Shown here: positions 9,125-16,632 of the stretch, one piece after another
Layout of the letters: each line of letters opens with the position of its first letter
Numbering within the stretch: the stretch's first letter is position 1
DNA from: an uncultured Chloroflexia bacterium
Lineage (GTDB): Bacteria; Chloroflexota; Anaerolineae; Anaerolineales; Anaerolineaceae
Reading direction: 5' to 3'
Assembly (NCBI GenBank): GCA_963704755.1
Contig: OY969938.1
Span: 2,340,001-2,372,000 of the forward strand
DNA length: 32,000 nt
Made by a program: the position numbers and the translations under genes
The notes under the pieces: model-generated
The model's input: the letters and a program-made list of their open reading frames with translations, nothing else
Told to the model about the DNA's origin: nothing
Database searches by the model: none

Positions 9125-10096
9125 TTACGCCGCCCGGGCAGGCTTGACGCCGCGCGCGCGGATGCGCTCGGCCAGGGCAGGCAGGAATTCGTACAGATCG
9201 GCGACGACGCCGTAATCGGCCTGGTTGAAAATAGCCGCGCCTTCGTCGTTGTTGACTGCGGCGATGATTTGCGAGTTGCGAATGCCGACGATGTGTTGAA
9301 TAGCGCCCGAAACACCCAGGCACAGGCACAACTCGGGTTTCACCTTCTTGCCCGAAAGCCCCAACCAATCCGGGAACCAATCGCGGTCGGAGGAAACCGG
9401 GCGGGAGCAGCCCACCTGGCCGTCCAGCAGGCCGGCGATCGTTTCAACCAGGGCCAGGTCTTCGCGCTGCCTGACCCCCTGGCCGACGTCGAGCACAATA
9501 TGCGCATTTTCCAGGTTGAAACCACCGGTCGCCTTGGCGCGCGAGCCGGTCACCGTGACCCTGGCCTGCGGCTCCGCCAGCGCCAGCGTGACCTGGCTGC
9601 CAGCCCTGCCCGCATCTTGCAGCGGGGCAAAAACGCCCGCCGCGGCGGTGATGACGGCCAAACCGGGCCTGAACTGGTAAGTCGTCAACCCGCTGCCGGC
9701 ATAGAGCATGCAGCCGGCCGTGAGCGACCTGGTAGCGGGGTCGATCTCGAAGCGCAATGCCCAGGGCGCGTAAGCCGCGTCCAGGCGCTCCGCCAGAACT
9801 GCCGCGGCTTCCAGGCCGGGTTTGGTAGCGCCCAGCAGGATCAGCGCCGGCTGCATCTGTTGCGCAACCTCGGCCAGCAAGGCGACCAGGCCCTCGGGGC
9901 TTTCGGCGGCCGCGGCCGGGATGGGATAGACCACGTCCGCGCCGGTATCCCCCAGGGAAGCGGCCGCCGGATCGCCATCGAAGACCACCGCGGCCACCTG
10001 CCAGTCCAGCGCATCGGCTTGCTGGCGGGCCTGGCCCAGCAGCTCGCGGCGGAGCGCGTCTTTTTCAGAAAAGACCAGAATAGTATTGGCAGTCAT
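9125..10096 (-). CDS. etfA: Electron transfer flavoprotein alpha subunit (EtfA/FixB)
   Basis: 323 aa. The C-terminal FAD domain reads LGLSGKKVKPELCLCLGVSGAIQHIVGIRNSQIIAAVNNDEGAAIFNQADYGVVADL. RBS AAAGGAGA lies inside the end of etfB. Confidence 0.85.
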   Translation of the reverse strand: MTANTILVFSEKDALRRELLGQARQQADALDWQVAAVVFDGDPAAASLGDTGADVVYPIPAAAAESPEGLVALLAEVAQQMQPALILLGATKPGLEAAAVLAERLDAAYAPWALRFEIDPATRSLTAGCMLYAGSGLTTYQFRPGLAVITAAAGVFAPLQDAGRAGSQVTLALAEPQARVTVTGSRAKATGGFNLENAHIVLDVGQGVRQREDLALVETIAGLLDGQVGCSRPVSSDRDWFPDWLGLSGKKVKPELCLCLGVSGAIQHIVGIRNSQIIAAVNNDEGAAIFNQADYGVVADLYEFLPALAERIRARGVKPARAA

Positions 10097-10099
10097 AGG

Positions 10100-10897
10100 T
10101 TACGCGTCTCCTTTCAAAATGCCATCCGCGAGCAGGGCATCGATCAGACCGTCGGCAAGCTCCGCCGGGTTTTGGCCTTTGAACATCTGTCGCTTGCGCT
10201 GAACGACGATCCCTTTTTGCTGTGTAGAGACCAAGCGGCTGCCTTTCGATAGATCTTCCGGGGAGAGCCCAAGATCATTGCTCAGCGACCACACGTTCAC
10301 CGGTTTTTTCTTGGCCTTGATCGCATCCATCAGCGTGATGCGGCGGGGCGGGAAGGCCTCTTCTGCCACGCTGACCAGCGCCGGCAGCGCCACCTGTACC
10401 GATTGGATGGTCTCGTCCAGATCGCGCTCAGCCTGTAACCCATCGCCGTTTAGGGTTAGCTGGCGCGCGTAGGAGACCAGCGGCAGGCCCAGGCGCTGCG
10501 CCAATCGCGGGCCTACCTGGTAGCTATAACCATCGTCGCTGGCAAAGCCGGCCAGCAGCAGGTCAGCCGGCCCAAGCTTCTGCGCCGCGGCTTCCAGGAT
10601 GCGCACGGCAACGCCGGGTTCGGCCTGACCGCCAAAGGGGTCCTCGATCAGCACCACTTCATCGGCGCCCATCGCCAGCACATCTTTGAAGCTCTCTTTC
10701 GCGGAAATTGGCCCCAGGCAGACGGCGGTCAGCGTACCGCCCACAGCTTCTTTGAGCCGCACGCCCGCTTCGATGACGTTCTTGTCGATATTGCCGACTT
10801 TCTCCGGCACGCCTTCGATGCGCAGTTGTTCCGTCGCCGCATCGACTTTGATCTCGGCAACATCCATTGAAATTTTGATAAAAGCCAGGATCTTCAA
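10100..10897 (-). CDS. etfB: Electron transfer flavoprotein beta subunit (EtfB/FixA)
   Basis: 265 aa beginning (M)KILAFIKISMDVAEIKVD... TTG start with AAGGAGA 8 nt upstream. Length and N-terminus are typical of EtfB. Confidence 0.85.
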   Translation of the reverse strand: MKILAFIKISMDVAEIKVDAATEQLRIEGVPEKVGNIDKNVIEAGVRLKEAVGGTLTAVCLGPISAKESFKDVLAMGADEVVLIEDPFGGQAEPGVAVRILEAAAQKLGPADLLLAGFASDDGYSYQVGPRLAQRLGLPLVSYARQLTLNGDGLQAERDLDETIQSVQVALPALVSVAEEAFPPRRITLMDAIKAKKKPVNVWSLSNDLGLSPEDLSKGSRLVSTQQKGIVVQRKRQMFKGQNPAELADGLIDALLADGILKGDA

Positions 10898-10909
10898 TAA
10901 AATTTCTCC

Positions 10910-11206
10910 TTATCCATAGCGGAACTGGATGCCAAACCCACCCTGGGGGTTGCGCCAGGTGATGCCGCCCTGCCCGCCCATTTCACAGGAGATCACGCAG
11001 GTGCCGCATTCCAGGCAGTTTTCGTAACGAACCGCCACGTGTTCATCGATCCAGGTATAGACCCCCGCCGGGCAGACCGTCAGGCAGGGGCGCAGCGCGC
11101 AGACTTTACAGCGTTCCTGATCGACCTGGATGTGGCTTTGCTCTTCATCGATCTGGTACCGGTCCAGCCCAAGGCGGGCATCCAGGCTGAGATTTTTCGG
11201 GCTCAT
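10910..11206 (-). CDS. fixX: FixX-type ferredoxin-like protein
   Basis: 98 aa with CKVCALRPCLTVCPAGVY....CLECGTCVISC and the C-terminal ...WRNPQGGFGIQFRYG. Its ATG overlaps the fixC stop as ATGA (11203-11206). Confidence 0.85.
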   Translation of the reverse strand: MSPKNLSLDARLGLDRYQIDEEQSHIQVDQERCKVCALRPCLTVCPAGVYTWIDEHVAVRYENCLECGTCVISCEMGGQGGITWRNPQGGFGIQFRYG

Positions 11207-12492
11207 AATGCCATCCCTCGCGAAATTTGAACCAGGTCTTTCAACAAGGTCAACATGGAGACCTTCCCGGCCATCTCCTGGCGCAGCGCGCCATAGGCTT
11301 TCGATCCAGGCTCATTGGTGGGAGAGAACATGCGCTCCATCACACCGCAGGCCAGGTCGGGGTAGAGGCCGAACAGGCGCTCGTTCTCTAGCAGCGGATA
11401 CGCGTCTTTGAAGGTCACCCAATCCTTGTAAATCGAGGTTTGCTGGAGCAAGTCGGCGTAGCCGGCCAGGTCGGCGGCCAAATAGCTGCCCTTCTCGCGC
11501 GCAGCCAGGATCGCCTTCGCCGCGGCAGCCGCCGAGACGATGGCAAAATCCATCCCACGCAGAGTCACCACGTTGTTCAACACCAGCCGGGCCGCGCTGC
11601 CTGCCACGACGTACCCATCCCCGAATAACAGCGGGGTCAAATGTACGCCGCCGCGATGGACGGTCTGGGCCGAGTATTCCACTACCTCGCCGCCTTCGAC
11701 CAGGCGCGCTACCAGCGGGTGGGCTTTGAACGCGTCCAGCAGGGCATGCGGTTGGACCTTGCTCTTGTAGATCGAATTGATCTTGGCCACCACCCCGAGC
11801 GAAAGCGAAGCTTTGTTGGTGTAGAGGAACCCACCGCCCTCGATCCCCAAGGTGTGCCCGACCAGGGTGTACGCCATCCCGGTCTGCGGCGTGCACTGGA
11901 AACGCTCCTGGATGGTGCTTTCCGGCAGGGCAATCACCTCTTTCACCCCTAGCGAGACGTCGTGCGGCTGGGGGGCGTTGCTCAACCCGGCCTGGCGCAA
12001 CAGCAGCCCGCGCGTGCCTTCGGCGACCACCACCACGTCCGCCAGAATCTCATCCGGCCCGGCCTGGATGCCAACCACCCGGCCGTTCTCCATCTTGAGC
12101 GCATCCACCGTCACGCCGGTGATGACCGATGCCCCGGCGTCTTCGGCCTGCCCGGCCAGCCAGGGGTCGAAGGTGGCCCGCAGCACGCTGAAGGCGTTGT
12201 AGGGCGGTTTGGCCGAATCTCCGCTGCGGAAGTCCAGCGCCACAGAGGAATTTTCGCCCAGCATGACGATTTGGTGATTGGTGATGGCCCGCTCGACCGG
12301 TGCGCTGTTCCAGAACTCCGGGAAGATTTCGTTTACCGTCTGCGAGTAGATCAGCCCACCGGAGACGTTCTTGCTGCCCGCGTTCTCCCCGCGCTCGACC
12401 AGCAAGACGTTCATCCCGGCCCGGGCCAGGAGCGTCCCGGCCGTTGCGCCCGCCGGCCCTGCCCCGATGATGATTGCGTCAAATTTTTCCAT
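11203..12492 (-). CDS. fixC: FixC-type ETF:quinone oxidoreductase-like flavoprotein
   Basis: Begins MEKFDAIIIGAGPAGATAG. ATG 12492 has GAGG upstream and is preferred over the track's TTG at 12507. About 430 aa, followed directly by fixX. Confidence 0.85.
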   Translation of the reverse strand: MEKFDAIIIGAGPAGATAGTLLARAGMNVLLVERGENAGSKNVSGGLIYSQTVNEIFPEFWNSAPVERAITNHQIVMLGENSSVALDFRSGDSAKPPYNAFSVLRATFDPWLAGQAEDAGASVITGVTVDALKMENGRVVGIQAGPDEILADVVVVAEGTRGLLLRQAGLSNAPQPHDVSLGVKEVIALPESTIQERFQCTPQTGMAYTLVGHTLGIEGGGFLYTNKASLSLGVVAKINSIYKSKVQPHALLDAFKAHPLVARLVEGGEVVEYSAQTVHRGGVHLTPLLFGDGYVVAGSAARLVLNNVVTLRGMDFAIVSAAAAAKAILAAREKGSYLAADLAGYADLLQQTSIYKDWVTFKDAYPLLENERLFGLYPDLACGVMERMFSPTNEPGSKAYGALRQEMAGKVSMLTLLKDLVQISRGMAL

Positions 12493-12554
12493 CCCAACCT
12501 CGCTCAATGAATGTTATCCACAGCAGAAAAAAGAAGGGTACTTCTAATGGATTT

Positions 12555-12609
12555 CCCGGATTTTGGGTGTATGGGCGGGCTTCGCCCGCCCATACACCCA
12601 AAATCCGGG
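12555..12609. repeat. Long intergenic hairpin, family copy C (perfect 26-bp arms, loop TTC)
   Basis: CCCGGATTTTGGGTGTATGGGCGGGC-TTC-GCCCGCCCATACACCCAAAATCCGGG. By eye it is about 70% identical to copy B arm-for-arm, with every change compensated in the other arm. Confidence 0.8.
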
Positions 12610-12648
12610 TATTTTCCCGTTAAAAACGGGAGGTCCAAAAATTCTATC

Positions 12649-12678
12649 GAGATGCCCGGTTTATTGGCTGGGCATCTC
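12649..12678 (-). terminator. Terminator candidate after the YgeW-like carbamoyltransferase gene
   Basis: GAGATGCCC...GGGCATCTC forms a 9-bp stem. On the minus strand it is followed by GATAGAATTTTTGG. Confidence 0.5.
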
Positions 12679-12697
12679 AATCTTTGTTACCGGTAAA

Positions 12698-13752
12698 TCA
12701 AGGGATAATGCAGGCCATCACACCCTTCTGGGCGTGCAGGCGGTTCTCCGCCTCGTGCCAGCAGGTGAGGCCGGCTTTGCCATCCAGGACGGCGTCGGAG
12801 ACCTCGGCGTTGCGCTCGCAGGGCAGGCAGTGCATATACCCGGCGGTCGGTTTGGCCATAGCCATGCGTTTCTCGTCGGCAATCCAGTTCTTGTACTTGG
12901 CGAACAGCTTGACCATCTCGTCCAACTGCGGTTCCTGGTGGTGACAGGCGGGAGCATATCGAGGCAGACGTAGTTCTTGGCATAGATCATGTCGGCATCC
13001 ACGAAAGCGTCGTCGAGGTTTTCGGAAACGGTGTAGGACCCGCCGTACAGCTCGCAGTTGGCCTTGATCGCGGCTTCGATTTCGGGGTCGATGCGCATTT
13101 CCGGCGGGCGCGAGAAGACGATGTCCGCGCCGTACAGGCTCGAGACGTACATGAAATCGTGGTGCGGGGCGATGGGTTTCTTGGGGGAGGAGCCCCAGGT
13201 CCAGGCGACGCCGATCTTGCGGCCCTTGAAGGAATAGCCGAAGCTCTCGCGCAGGGTCATCAGGTCTGCCATTCCCTGGCAGGGGTGATCCTTGTTGTCT
13301 TCCATGTTGATAATCGGCTTTTGCGACCATTTGGCGAACTCGCGGATGATCTTACCGCTTTTCTCGTAATCCCAATTGACCTTGTCGCCTAGAATACGGA
13401 TGGCGATGGCGTCGCCCATGGAGGAGAGCACGCGGGCCATATCGGAGATGCGCTCGGAGCCATAGCCAATGTCTTCGCCTTCCAGGGTAGGCAGGCGCGA
13501 GCCTTCGGGCTGCAGGAAATGGGCGTGGCCGCCGAACTGGAAGATGCCGGCCTCGAAGCTGTTGCGGGTGCGCAGGCTGGCGTTGAAGAACATCATGAAC
13601 AGGGTGCGCAGGGTCAGGACGTCGTCGTGGCGGCGGCGCATGGTGAAATCGGCCTTGAACTGCAGGCCCAGGTCGAGCATGGTGTCGATTTCCTCACGGG
13701 TAAAATCGCGTAAGCTGATGAAATCTCGGCCTTTCAAACCTTCGGTAATCAT
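12698..13752 (-). pseudogene. Carbamoyltransferase of the knotted YgeW/AOTCase/SOTCase-like type, frame broken by a 1-nt deficit near 12946-12953
   Basis: ORF 12718..13752 carries FFNASLRTRNSFEAG (S-x-R-T-R) and [10 protein letters not shown] (HPxQ), then turns to nonsense after ...[21 protein letters not shown] 12698..13330 in the next frame supplies the expected C-terminus ...[20 protein letters not shown]...[13 protein letters not shown]...[15 protein letters not shown] (HCLP motif). Length is 1055 nt, i.e. 3n+2. Confidence 0.75.
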
Positions 13753-13852
13753 ATGAGTATTGTTCCTTTCAGGTATTGTTGAAGCAAATTTGATTGGATC
13801 GGGGGTCAGGACAAGCGCCAGCGGGTCCAGTCATTCTCAAAATTGGGTCATC

Positions 13853-13870
13853 CCCGCCCGGACGGGCGGG
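13853..13870 (-). terminator. GC-rich hairpin after the KARI-like gene (terminator or attenuator candidate)
   Basis: CCCGCCC-GGAC-GGGCGGG lies 9 nt after the stop. On the minus strand it is followed by GATGACCCAATTTTGAG. Confidence 0.4.
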
Positions 13871-13878
13871 AGGTTTCC

Positions 13879-14871
13879 TTATTCTTCACTGCCGCCAAAA
13901 AGCTCGCGCCATTCCTGCCCGACCGTCTCCATGATGGACCGGGCCTCCGTGCGGCGCATACGGTACAGGTGCGGCATACCCAGCTTCCATTCTTCCATCC
14001 AGCGCGCGGCGAAATCACCGTGCTCGGTCTCTTGCAGGATCTTCTCGATCTCGGCGGTATCGATCACCCGCGGGCCGGCAGTGCGCACGGCAAACTCGCA
14101 AGTGCGGCTGCTGCGCGCGGAGATGTAGCCTTCGATGCCCACCTGGTCCATCACATCCACCACCGAGCGCAGCGAGCGGATGGCCTTGGCGTAGGCAAAG
14201 TGAGGCGGGTAACCGTGGGCGACCATGGCCTCGAAGACGGCGCGCATCAGGGCGATCGCCCCGCCGTAGAGCGCCTGCTCCTCGAAGTTATCGCCTTCCG
14301 TTTCCTGCTGGAAGTCGACTTCCACCACACCCACCCGCGTGCTGCCCACAGCCCTGGCCATGGCCAGCACGATCTCTTTGGCGTCGCCGGTCACGTCCTG
14401 TTCAACGGCAATCGCGCCGTAGACGCCCGAGCCTTGCAGGTACTTCTCGCGCACCAGGTGACCGGGCGAGTTGGGCACGAACAGCACCACATTGACGTCC
14501 CTGGGCGGCAGGATTGCCCCGTACAGTACGTTGAAACCGTGCGCAAAGCTGAGCGTGCTGCCCGGCTTCAGGTTGGGGCGGATTTCGGCCGCGTAGATTT
14601 CCGGCTGGGCCGGGTCGGACAGCAGCACGTGGACAATATCCGCGGCGCGAGTAGCCTCCGCGAAAGACATGACCTCGAAACCGTCCGCCACAGCTTTATC
14701 CCAGCCCGGGTGAAGGTCGCGCGGTCCGGAGCCGACGATCACCTTCAAACCGCTGTCGCGCATGCACTGCGCCTGCGGGCCGCCTTGAATGCCGTAGCCC
14801 AAGATGGCGATCGTTTTGTCCTTCAGTACGTCCAAACGGGCGTCTTCATCACGATAAACCTGGTTCAACAT
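13879..14871 (-). CDS. Ketol-acid reductoisomerase-like (class I KARI fold), divergent paralogue
   Basis: 330 aa, colinear with class I IlvC: KTIAILGYGIQGGPQAQ..., FAHGFNV, PNSPGHLVR, DFQQETEGDNFEEQALYGG. AGAGG RBS is present. Several family-invariant positions look substituted (see findings). Confidence 0.7.
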   Translation of the reverse strand: MLNQVYRDEDARLDVLKDKTIAILGYGIQGGPQAQCMRDSGLKVIVGSGPRDLHPGWDKAVADGFEVMSFAEATRAADIVHVLLSDPAQPEIYAAEIRPNLKPGSTLSFAHGFNVLYGAILPPRDVNVVLFVPNSPGHLVREKYLQGSGVYGAIAVEQDVTGDAKEIVLAMARAVGSTRVGVVEVDFQQETEGDNFEEQALYGGAIALMRAVFEAMVAHGYPPHFAYAKAIRSLRSVVDVMDQVGIEGYISARSSRTCEFAVRTAGPRVIDTAEIEKILQETEHGDFAARWMEEWKLGMPHLYRMRRTEARSIMETVGQEWRELFGGSEE

Positions 14872-14916
14872 TCCATACCTCTTTCTGCGTACAACCGACT
14901 GGTGATCACTGCGCCT

Positions 14917-15690
14917 TTACTCCAAGGAAGTTTTCTGCAACTGCCCGGAGCGGATCTCCAGGATTTCATTGCGCACCTGCTGGATGTGGGCCTGCATGGC
15001 ATCCGCCGCGGCTCCCGCATCGTGCGCTTCCAATGCCGCCAGGATGGCGCGGTGCTCGCCGGCCATCTTCACTGCCCGCCGGCCCAGGTACAGCATGGCC
15101 TGGTTGCTTTCACCAAAGGCCGGGATGAGGTGGCTGATGATTTCGTGGGCAATGTCATTGCCGCTCGAAGCGCTCACCGCCAGGTGAAACTGTGCGTCCA
15201 GCCTGGCCAGCGCTGCGAACCCGGAAGCCGGGTCTCCATCCAACTGCGGGTTGAGGCTATCCTGCCGGTCCAGGATGGCGCGCAGCTCATCCAGGGCAGC
15301 CGGGGTAATCACTTTCGCCGCCAACGACGCGGCCAGCATCTCAATCGATTCACGTACCTCGATGACCTGCTCGAGGGTCTCTTCACGCTCGGCCAGCCAA
15401 TGCAGCAGCTCTCCCTTACGGTCCTCTCGTACAGGCCGCGCAGAGATGAATGCTCCGGAGCCGCGGCGGATCTCGATCTGCCCCTCGGCTTCCAACACCC
15501 GCAGGGCTTCGCGGACCGAAGAGCGGCTGACGCCCAACTGGCGAGACAGCTCCTGTTCGGGGGGTAGTTTCTCGCCCACCGCCAGCGTGCCACTCGAGAT
15601 AAGTTCGCGAATTTGCTCAACCGCCTGTTCGAAAATCCGAACCGGGGCCAGTCTTTGCAGTTTTTGGATAGTTTCGCTGGATGAATCCAT
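14917..15690 (-). CDS. GntR-family transcriptional regulator, FadR subfamily (FCD effector domain)
   Basis: 257 aa with the winged-HTH pattern GEKLPPEQELSRQLGVSRSSVREALRVLEAEGQIEIRRGSGAFI, followed by an all-helical C-terminal domain. Confidence 0.85.
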   Translation of the reverse strand: MDSSSETIQKLQRLAPVRIFEQAVEQIRELISSGTLAVGEKLPPEQELSRQLGVSRSSVREALRVLEAEGQIEIRRGSGAFISARPVREDRKGELLHWLAEREETLEQVIEVRESIEMLAASLAAKVITPAALDELRAILDRQDSLNPQLDGDPASGFAALARLDAQFHLAVSASSGNDIAHEIISHLIPAFGESNQAMLYLGRRAVKMAGEHRAILAALEAHDAGAAADAMQAHIQQVRNEILEIRSGQLQKTSLE

Positions 15691-15740
15691 GATGATGATT
15701 GAAATGACGATCAGGTTGTCAGGTAGTCAGACAGATTTTT

Positions 15741-15754
15741 GGAAAAATTTTTCC
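15741..15754. promoter_or_regulatory. Perfect 14-bp palindrome GGAAAAATTTTTCC upstream of the FadR-type gntR gene; candidate operator, or the T-tract of the adjacent terminator
   Basis: Self-complementary over all 14 nt. It lies 51-64 nt upstream of ATG 15690 and directly downstream (minus strand) of the 15755-15782 hairpin. Confidence 0.3.
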
Positions 15755-15782
15755 CTGGGTTGGCCGTATGCGGCCAACCCAG
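15755..15782 (-). terminator. Terminator candidate after allE
   Basis: CTGGGTTGGCCG-TATG-CGGCCAACCCAG is a perfect 12-bp stem 14 nt after the stop. On the minus strand it is followed by GGAAAAATTTTTCCAAAAATC. Confidence 0.6.
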
Positions 15783-15795
15783 CGACAGAATTCGT

Positions 15796-16587
15796 TTACA
15801 TCCGGCTCGGATCGGTATAATCTCGGTTGACGTCCTTGTAGAGCAGGTAAGCCGACTTATCCCAACCGGTAGCGTAAAAGAACTGCGGGCAGAAAGGCGC
15901 CATATAGATAAAGTCATCCTTGCGGGTTTCGAGGAAATCGCCGTTCAGCCAATATACGCCGCGCCCGGCCAGCATATAGAGACCGTGCTCCATGATATGC
16001 GTCTCGACGTCGGAGAAATAGACACCCGGGTCGAAGACCTGCAGGTTGATGCCCATATCGAAGGCCAGGTCCTCGTAGGGGGTCAGGTGCTGCTCCATGT
16101 AGGTGTCGACCGGGTTGGCCACCACCTCAGATTCGTGGGACACAATCGGCTCAGGGATGGCAATCCCCTGCGTCTCGACGTAGCGCCGGCGGATCCACAC
16201 CAGGCGGGCATCCGCAGCGGTCGAATTCGTCATCTGGAACGGCCGCGAAGGTGGCAGCCAGCAGAAGCTGCCGCGCTCAAAAGTGTGCTTTTTTCCATCC
16301 AGCTCGAACTGCAAACCACCGTCCAAGACATATAAGAAATGTTCCCAGGATTTGTTCAAAGGCCGGGAAGTACCCCCGCCGGGCTGAACGACCAGCTCAT
16401 ACTGCACGAAACGCGCGCCAAGCTGCGGGGTCGCCAGCACCTGGGCCGCCGTATCCTTAAACCCAGGCAGGTAGCTGAACACCCGGTTAGACACCGGCAG
16501 GAGCGCATATATCCCCGGCTTGTTGATAGCCCGGCAGCGGGAGGTGATATCCGCATCATCGACGACCAGCATTTTTTCTTGTTTCAT
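15796..16587 (-). CDS. allE: (S)-ureidoglycine aminohydrolase (bicupin, AllE/YlbA type)
   Basis: 263 aa. IRRRYVETQG and ETHIMEHGLYMLAGRGVYWLNGDF...YIYMAP match my memory of E. coli AllE ([30 protein letters not shown]). GGAGAAG RBS is present. Confidence 0.75.
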   Translation of the reverse strand: MKQEKMLVVDDADITSRCRAINKPGIYALLPVSNRVFSYLPGFKDTAAQVLATPQLGARFVQYELVVQPGGGTSRPLNKSWEHFLYVLDGGLQFELDGKKHTFERGSFCWLPPSRPFQMTNSTAADARLVWIRRRYVETQGIAIPEPIVSHESEVVANPVDTYMEQHLTPYEDLAFDMGINLQVFDPGVYFSDVETHIMEHGLYMLAGRGVYWLNGDFLETRKDDFIYMAPFCPQFFYATGWDKSAYLLYKDVNRDYTDPSRM

Positions 16588-16632
16588 TTCACTTCTCCAT
16601 TGATCTTCCCGGCAAACCGGGGTTGACGCCCA

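Noticed and set aside
9105-9380. N-terminal 92-aa extension of the DAO-family ORF (track start 9380)
   Set aside because: The extension is Arg-rich, overlaps etfA in another frame and precedes the GxGxxG fold. The internal ATG 9104 has a strong RBS.
8205-10252. Plus-strand ORFs of 336 aa (8205..9215) and 327 aa (9269..10252)
   Set aside because: They are antisense to the DAO-family and etfA genes, which carry clear family motifs. They have the same low-complexity Arg/Gly/Ala bias.
12698-13330. 210-aa minus-strand ORF as an independent gene
   Set aside because: Only its last 85 or so codons look like protein (the HCLP-containing transcarbamoylase C-terminus). The rest is the off-frame reading of ORF 12718..13752, so it is treated as the second half of one frameshifted gene.
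13843-15567. 574-aa plus-strand ORF, the longest in the track
   Set aside because: It is antisense to two well-supported minus-strand genes (the KARI-like gene and the FadR-type GntR gene). Its Arg/Gly/Ala/His-rich composition is typical of the reverse frame of high-GC genes, and I recognise no motifs.
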